Assembly (NCBI GenBank): GCA_017853715.1
Contig: JAFMIZ010000005.1
Span: forward strand, 2,835 to 66,834
DNA length: 64,000 nucleotides
Source: Pedosphaera sp.
GTDB lineage: Bacteria > Verrucomicrobiota > Verrucomicrobiia > Limisphaerales > DSYF01
Direction: 5' to 3'
Positions 59,493 through 64,000 of the stretch are shown here, in pieces. The notes below the pieces were generated by a model, which was not told the origin of the DNA, searched no databases, and worked only from the letters and a program-made list of their open reading frames with translations. The translations under genes were made by a program, and so were the position numbers. Position 1 is the stretch's first letter, and every line of letters begins with the position of its first letter.

Positions 59493-61593
59493 CGGGTGCG
59501 GAAGAGTTCTTCTGCTGGCTGAGATGCGCCAGCGCCTGGAGCACCCGAAGGGCCAACGCTTCCCGCTCTTCGCTGGCCAGCCCCATGGGATCGAAGCGGA
59601 GCCGATAATGGGCATGGAGCATCGCCTGCATCACCTCCCGCAGCGAAGCCACTCGCGGATCGCGAAGCGCACGTTGCACCAGTTGGGACTGTGACTCACC
59701 CGGCTCCCTCACGAACCCCATCTCCCCAAGCCGCCTCTCCAACGCAAAAAATTCGGAATCCAGTCCCAGCCGATTCGGCAAACGATCCATGCCAGCCAGT
59801 TTGGCGTTCCGCCGCTCACCTGGCTTTCGCCGCAACAGGCGATACAAGAGGAAGACAAGCAGCGGCCCGATGATCCACCAAACATACTCTTTAAGGTTGC
59901 TCTGGCCCCACCGCCATTTGAGGAACTCATATTTCACGCGCTGCCATACGTCGTAGAGAAACTCGAAGGCAGAAGCCCGTTCATTTTCGCGATCCATCCA
60001 AGAGGCAGGCGTGGTATCAAAGTCATGCCACTGACCATCCGACTCGTCGAAATAGATGCACCACGCATGGGCATGACGTTCCCGCACCACGTAACCAGAA
60101 CCCGAGGGCTCATCCACCGCCCAACCCACCGCGTAACGCGCCGGGATACCAAGCTCCCGCAACATCAGCACCGTGGCCGTGGCGAAGTATTCGCAATGCC
60201 CGCGCCGGTCGCTGATCAGAAACCGCGCCAGCGGCGTCGGCCGATCCTCACGACCCCAATGGAATTTTTGCCATAGGCTATATTCAAAGTTTTTCTCGAA
60301 AAAGGCCACCACTTCGCGCAATTGCCGTGCAAGCTGGCCTGGCGGAGTCTTCAATCCCATGATGCACACATTCACCGCCTCGCGCTCTCGCTCCGGCACG
60401 TACCAGTCAGCCCAAGTCGGCGGCGAATCAATCGAGCCGTCCTTGCCTGAGTAAACATCAAACAAAGCGATGCCCGGCCCCTCCGCCGTCACCACGCCGA
60501 GGCCGTTGGTCTTGAGCGTGAACACCGGCATGTTCTGTAAGGTTGCGGCCCCCATGGGCAGGGGCACAATGTCCACCCCCCCTTCGATTAAAGTCGCCAT
60601 GGAGAATGAATCCGTCTCGTAACTCCGTCGCAGGACGAACGTACTCGAGTGGGGTTCTGCCGGCACCGTGTCGAAGCGACTGACGCCATCCAGATCCTCC
60701 CGCCCGCCTGAAGCTGACCAGGTCGCGCTGCGAAAAAAACGGTAGCTGGCGGTGCGCAGCAAACTGGGCGGCGTCGCATCCTCGTGCGGCTCCAGACGAA
60801 TGACAATCCGGCCCGAGCCCGCAAATCTTCCAAGCTGCCCGATGCTGGTGGAATCCTCATCGGGATTGGTGCGCGAACCGCCCACGCGCCAGCCCCATTG
60901 CGGGGTGAAGCTTTCCATGAAGATGCGCAGATCCGTAAGCCGGTCCTGCCCCCAATACGCCAAGCCACATGCCGCCGCCAACAAACAGGCCCAGACTGGA
61001 AACACAAAACGCCGCGAACGCTGGCTCCAGAGCGCCCACGCCAGCAGCGCCGACAGGCCGATGAAGAATGTTTCATCGGTGCGGCTATTGATGCTGGACG
61101 AAACCAGGCACACGCCGAAATAAACCCAGCCCACATGCACCTCGCGATTGGCCATGGGAGGGGTTAATCCACCCTGCCGCTCGCGCCGGGCGATCAACGA
61201 CAGCACCCGCAACTTCACGCGGCTTTGTTGGGCCAGCGTTACCGCCATGACGAACAAAAAGAAAATCATCGGCATCCACTGCACCAGCGACGCCGCCGTT
61301 TTCTGACTGGACTCGCCCGCGACGCGTGAAGTGTTGAGGCCAGGGCTGCCAAACATTTCGGTGAAGGCCGTCGGCCCCTCGTTGGTGGTGAAGGCGAAGA
61401 CCGCTGAGGCCAAAAAGATCACGGTAACCAAATTCCACAGCCGGTTGAGTTCGTCCTCCGTGGACTCCCAAGTGATGCGGGTCAACCGAACTCCCTCCAG
61501 CAGGACGCCCAACAGGGCGCCCACGGACAAGAAATCGGTCTGCCAGCCCCAGAAAGCCAGCGTCGCTCCCAGAAGTAAGGGTGGCAAATTCAT
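59485..61593 (-). CDS. transglutaminase-domain membrane protein (TgpA-like)
   Basis: N-terminal multi-TM region. Cys-His-Asp core RRGHCEYFATATVLMLRELGIPARYAVGW...HAWCIYFDESDGQWHDFDTT. A late TM plus a C-terminal tail. ATG 61593 overlaps the DUF58 stop (ATGA). Confidence 0.85.
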   Translation of the reverse strand: MNLPPLLLGATLAFWGWQTDFLSVGALLGVLLEGVRLTRITWESTEDELNRLWNLVTVIFLASAVFAFTTNEGPTAFTEMFGSPGLNTSRVAGESSQKTAASLVQWMPMIFFLFVMAVTLAQQSRVKLRVLSLIARRERQGGLTPPMANREVHVGWVYFGVCLVSSSINSRTDETFFIGLSALLAWALWSQRSRRFVFPVWACLLAAACGLAYWGQDRLTDLRIFMESFTPQWGWRVGGSRTNPDEDSTSIGQLGRFAGSGRIVIRLEPHEDATPPSLLRTASYRFFRSATWSASGGREDLDGVSRFDTVPAEPHSSTFVLRRSYETDSFSMATLIEGGVDIVPLPMGAATLQNMPVFTLKTNGLGVVTAEGPGIALFDVYSGKDGSIDSPPTWADWYVPEREREAVNVCIMGLKTPPGQLARQLREVVAFFEKNFEYSLWQKFHWGREDRPTPLARFLISDRRGHCEYFATATVLMLRELGIPARYAVGWAVDEPSGSGYVVRERHAHAWCIYFDESDGQWHDFDTTPASWMDRENERASAFEFLYDVWQRVKYEFLKWRWGQSNLKEYVWWIIGPLLVFLLYRLLRRKPGERRNAKLAGMDRLPNRLGLDSEFFALERRLGEMGFVREPGESQSQLVQRALRDPRVASLREVMQAMLHAHYRLRFDPMGLASEEREALALRVLQALAHLSQQKNSSAPVN

Positions 61594-62945
61594 GAGGGGT
61601 TCAGGGCGGCCAACCCCTCGCGGACAGCACCCACCTCCACCACGCAGAAGCGCTGAGGCGCATCGCGCATCGGGCCGGGATCCAGATCGTGCGCGCGGCC
61701 GGGTTCGACGACCAACAAAACGAGCAATGGTGTGCCCAGGATCTTCAATTTTTTCACCAGTTCGCGGCGCGGCTGGTCCCACGCCAGAAAAACACAGACG
61801 CACCCACTGAAGGCCGCGGCGTGGCTGACCACCAGTTCCTCCAGCAGAGGAAAGCTCTTGGACTCGGCCTGGGACCGGACGGAGGCCAGCACTTCCAACA
61901 GTTGATCGGAATGCCCAACCCCGCGTCCGGCGGTGAAACAATACGCCTCAGTCCCGGCGAACAACAAATCCAGCAAGGACTCCGGGGTCTGAATGGTGCA
62001 GGCGAACGAAGCCGCAATGCTGACCGCCTCCTCAAACGCCTCGCTGAACGGTGACGGCGAATAGGTATCCAGCACCAACGCGTGACGGACAAAGAACTCA
62101 TCTTCGTGCTCTTTCACGATAGGCACACCCGTTTTGGCCCAACTGCGCCAATGGATGTGTCGATATGGGTCCCCCCGCTTATACTCACGCAACGACACAA
62201 ATTCGTCCGATTGGCCGACGGATGAAGCCATCGCCACCCCGCCCTGCTGATACTTATGGCTTCCGGGCAAGGCCACTGCGGGGATGAGGTAACGCCTCGG
62301 CAGCACCAGCAATGACTGGGGCATCGGCAATTTCACCAAGGCGCTGAACAATCCCAACGGATCAGGCCGGGCGATTGTCGCTGCTGTGAAGTGCAGAACC
62401 CCGCGCCTCAACGGGGTCAGCGAAACCTGCACCTCAACGCTTTGGCCGGGGGGAATGGTGGGGATTTTCACCGGCTCCGTGCGGGCCTGCCGAAAGGGAT
62501 GACGCAGTTGCCGCCGCCAGACGGGAATTCCCCGCAACCGGCGCTCCTCCGCGCGCTGGAATGCCGCCCACTCGCGAGAGGTCGGCCGTGCATCCGCCAG
62601 GGTCTCCAAGTAAACCAACCCGACCTGTTTGCGCGGGGTAAGATTTCGCAGCAGCACGGGAAAACTGACTGCGTCTCCCACCGTGGCAAATCGCGGCAGC
62701 CGCCGCTCCACGGCCAGCCGGACGCGCACCACCCAGCCAAACATGGAGGCGGCGAGCAGCAGCGCGATCAGCAAGCAGGCTGCCTGATACGCCACATTGT
62801 TCTCCGTGTCCGCCGCCAGCGGAATCACGATCAACAATGCCGTCAATACGGCTGCGCCGGTTTTAGTGAACCTCCGGACGGCCCAGAACCGAACCGCCGA
62901 CAGGAGGCGGTAAGCGGGGTAAAGGGATCGGAAGAGAAGTTGCAC
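61590..62945 (-). CDS. DUF58 domain-containing protein (vWA-like, MoxR partner)
   Basis: DEFVSLREYKRGDPYRHIHWRSWAKTG; two N-terminal TM helices. Confidence 0.85.
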   Translation of the reverse strand: MQLLFRSLYPAYRLLSAVRFWAVRRFTKTGAAVLTALLIVIPLAADTENNVAYQAACLLIALLLAASMFGWVVRVRLAVERRLPRFATVGDAVSFPVLLRNLTPRKQVGLVYLETLADARPTSREWAAFQRAEERRLRGIPVWRRQLRHPFRQARTEPVKIPTIPPGQSVEVQVSLTPLRRGVLHFTAATIARPDPLGLFSALVKLPMPQSLLVLPRRYLIPAVALPGSHKYQQGGVAMASSVGQSDEFVSLREYKRGDPYRHIHWRSWAKTGVPIVKEHEDEFFVRHALVLDTYSPSPFSEAFEEAVSIAASFACTIQTPESLLDLLFAGTEAYCFTAGRGVGHSDQLLEVLASVRSQAESKSFPLLEELVVSHAAAFSGCVCVFLAWDQPRRELVKKLKILGTPLLVLLVVEPGRAHDLDPGPMRDAPQRFCVVEVGAVREGLAALNPS

Positions 62946-62953
62946 ACTCCGAG

Positions 62954-63904
62954 CTAGGCTGGCACCGGCAGACGCTTCAAGATCTCCTCGACGACGTTCT
63001 CGGCGGTGCGTCCGGAGAAGCGGGCCTGCGGCTCCAACACCAACCGGTGTGCAATCACGGGCACCGCCAGCTCGCGAATCTGATCCGGCGCCACGAAATC
63101 TGCACCATCGAACAACGCCAGGGCTTGGGAGGTTTTCATCAGGGCGAGTGAGGCGCGCGGGCTGGCCCCCAATTGCACACCTGCCGCCGCGCGGGTGGCC
63201 GCGACGAGGTCCACCACATAACGTTTCAGCTCTTCACTGATCCGCACATGATGCACGGCTTCTTTCACCTCAAGCACCTCGGCCAAGGTGGCGCAGGGGC
63301 GGAGTTCCTCGAGCGGGTGGCGTTCAGCTTGCGCCGTGAGAATGGCCACTTCGTCCGCTGGCTCCACGTAACCGAGTTTGAACTCCATCGCAAAACGGTC
63401 CATCTGCGCCTCGGGCAGCGGATACGTGCCGCGGAACTCGACGGGATTCTGGGTGGCGATGACAAAGAACAACTGCTCCAAATCGCGCCGTTCGCCGTCC
63501 ACACTCACCTGCGCTTCGCCCATGGCCTCCAGCAAAGCCGATTGCGTGCGCGGCGAGGCCCGGTTGATTTCGTCCGCCAGCAGGATGTTCGTAAAGATCG
63601 GACCCTGGTGAAATCGGAACTCCTGATCACGCTGGTTGAACACCGCCACCCCCAGAATATCCGAGGGCAGCAAATCAGGCGTGAACTGCACCCGCTTGAA
63701 CTTGGCATCAACGGAACGAGCCAAAGCCTTGGCCAGCGTCGTCTTGCCGGTGCCAGGCGAATCCTCGAGCAACACGTGACCGCCCGCCGCAAATGCCGCC
63801 AGCAACCGCCGTATCGAACTGGTCTGCCCCTGCATGACGCGCCCGATGTTTTCCGCGATACGCCGACACACGGCGGAGGAGGCCGATAAAGATTTCGTCG
63901 TCAT
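62954..63904 (-). CDS. MoxR-family AAA+ ATPase
   Basis: GHVLLEDSPGTGKTTLAKALA, LLADEINRASPRTQSALLEAM and ATQNPVEFRGTYPLPEAQMDRF. ATG 63904. Confidence 0.9.
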   Translation of the reverse strand: MTTKSLSASSAVCRRIAENIGRVMQGQTSSIRRLLAAFAAGGHVLLEDSPGTGKTTLAKALARSVDAKFKRVQFTPDLLPSDILGVAVFNQRDQEFRFHQGPIFTNILLADEINRASPRTQSALLEAMGEAQVSVDGERRDLEQLFFVIATQNPVEFRGTYPLPEAQMDRFAMEFKLGYVEPADEVAILTAQAERHPLEELRPCATLAEVLEVKEAVHHVRISEELKRYVVDLVAATRAAAGVQLGASPRASLALMKTSQALALFDGADFVAPDQIRELAVPVIAHRLVLEPQARFSGRTAENVVEEILKRLPVPA

Positions 63905-63911
63905 GTTGAAT

Positions 63912-64000
63912 TCAACGCCAGTAAAGCACGAAGGCCACAAGCGGCGCCACGGAATTCAACACGATGACTGGAAGAATGTTGCGCAAAACCTCACATCCCC
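63912..64000 (-). CDS. 3' end of an unidentified (hydrophobic) CDS entering from the right edge (partial)
   Basis: Open frame to the window edge ending ...LRNILPVIVLNSVAPLVAFVLYWR-TGA (stop at 63912-14). Co-directional with the MoxR operon. Confidence 0.3.
   Translation of the reverse strand, partial: GCEVLRNILPVIVLNSVAPLVAFVLYWR

Noticed and set aside
61594-61941. 116-aa N-terminal extension of the transglutaminase ORF. Similar long upstream extensions occur on ORFs 2097, 17013, 24816, 27652, 29486, 36645, 36817, 42930, 53213 and 58200.
   Set aside because: The extensions overlap the preceding gene or are Arg/Gly/Pro-rich and not protein-like. Internal starts give signal peptides, conserved N-termini or ATGA coupling.
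1-64000. CRISPR arrays, rRNA genes, IS elements, prophage genes and known defence systems.
   Set aside because: Reading of the intergenic regions found no regularly spaced direct repeats with unique spacers. No ORF shows transposase, integrase, Cas, restriction-modification, Abi or other defence hallmarks. The only repeats found are the tRNA-derived pair and the short TTTACC and GAA(A)TT motifs.

Overview
GC-rich bacterial chromosomal segment; GC content was judged by eye, not computed. The gene content fits the PVC superphylum, most likely Verrucomicrobiota. Supporting markers are the LL-diaminopimelate aminotransferase (DapL) lysine route, futalosine-type menaquinone genes, a DUF1800/DUF1501 pair, a Cys-type sulfatase, a GH29 fucosidase and a tricorn-like protease.

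I can support about 50 CDS, one tRNA-Glu(CUC), two decayed pseudogenes and four intrinsic terminators. Most of the window is housekeeping:
- argH, argG, dapL, lysA, rpmB, phoH-ybeY and an ABC-F ATPase
- a MacAB-type efflux system
- a futalosine late-step cluster
- a MoxR-DUF58-transglutaminase operon
- an L-fucose utilisation locus

I found no rRNA, CRISPR array, transposase, integrase, phage gene or recognisable defence gene.

The observations most worth follow-up are:
1. A 5.7 kb glycan-utilisation islet bounded by a direct repeat of the tRNA-Glu 3' end, with no integrase.
2. A translationally coupled operon of an integral-membrane protein, a B12-binding radical-SAM enzyme and a lipoprotein, function unknown.
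3. A phosphorelay pair with no sensor and no output domain: REC-HisKA-HATPase-REC-REC-HPt plus REC-HPt-REC.
4. A secreted DUF1800/DUF1501/DNRLRE-like trio, next to two tandem paralogous small membrane proteins.
5. Two gene relics, a Yip1 paralog and a Gfo/Idh/MocA oxidoreductase, both containing G8 homopolymer runs.
6. A 595-bp non-coding region with phased TTTACC repeats and nested inverted repeats.

None of these can be shown to be a new system from sequence reading alone. All functional calls rest on motif recognition by eye, with no database search.
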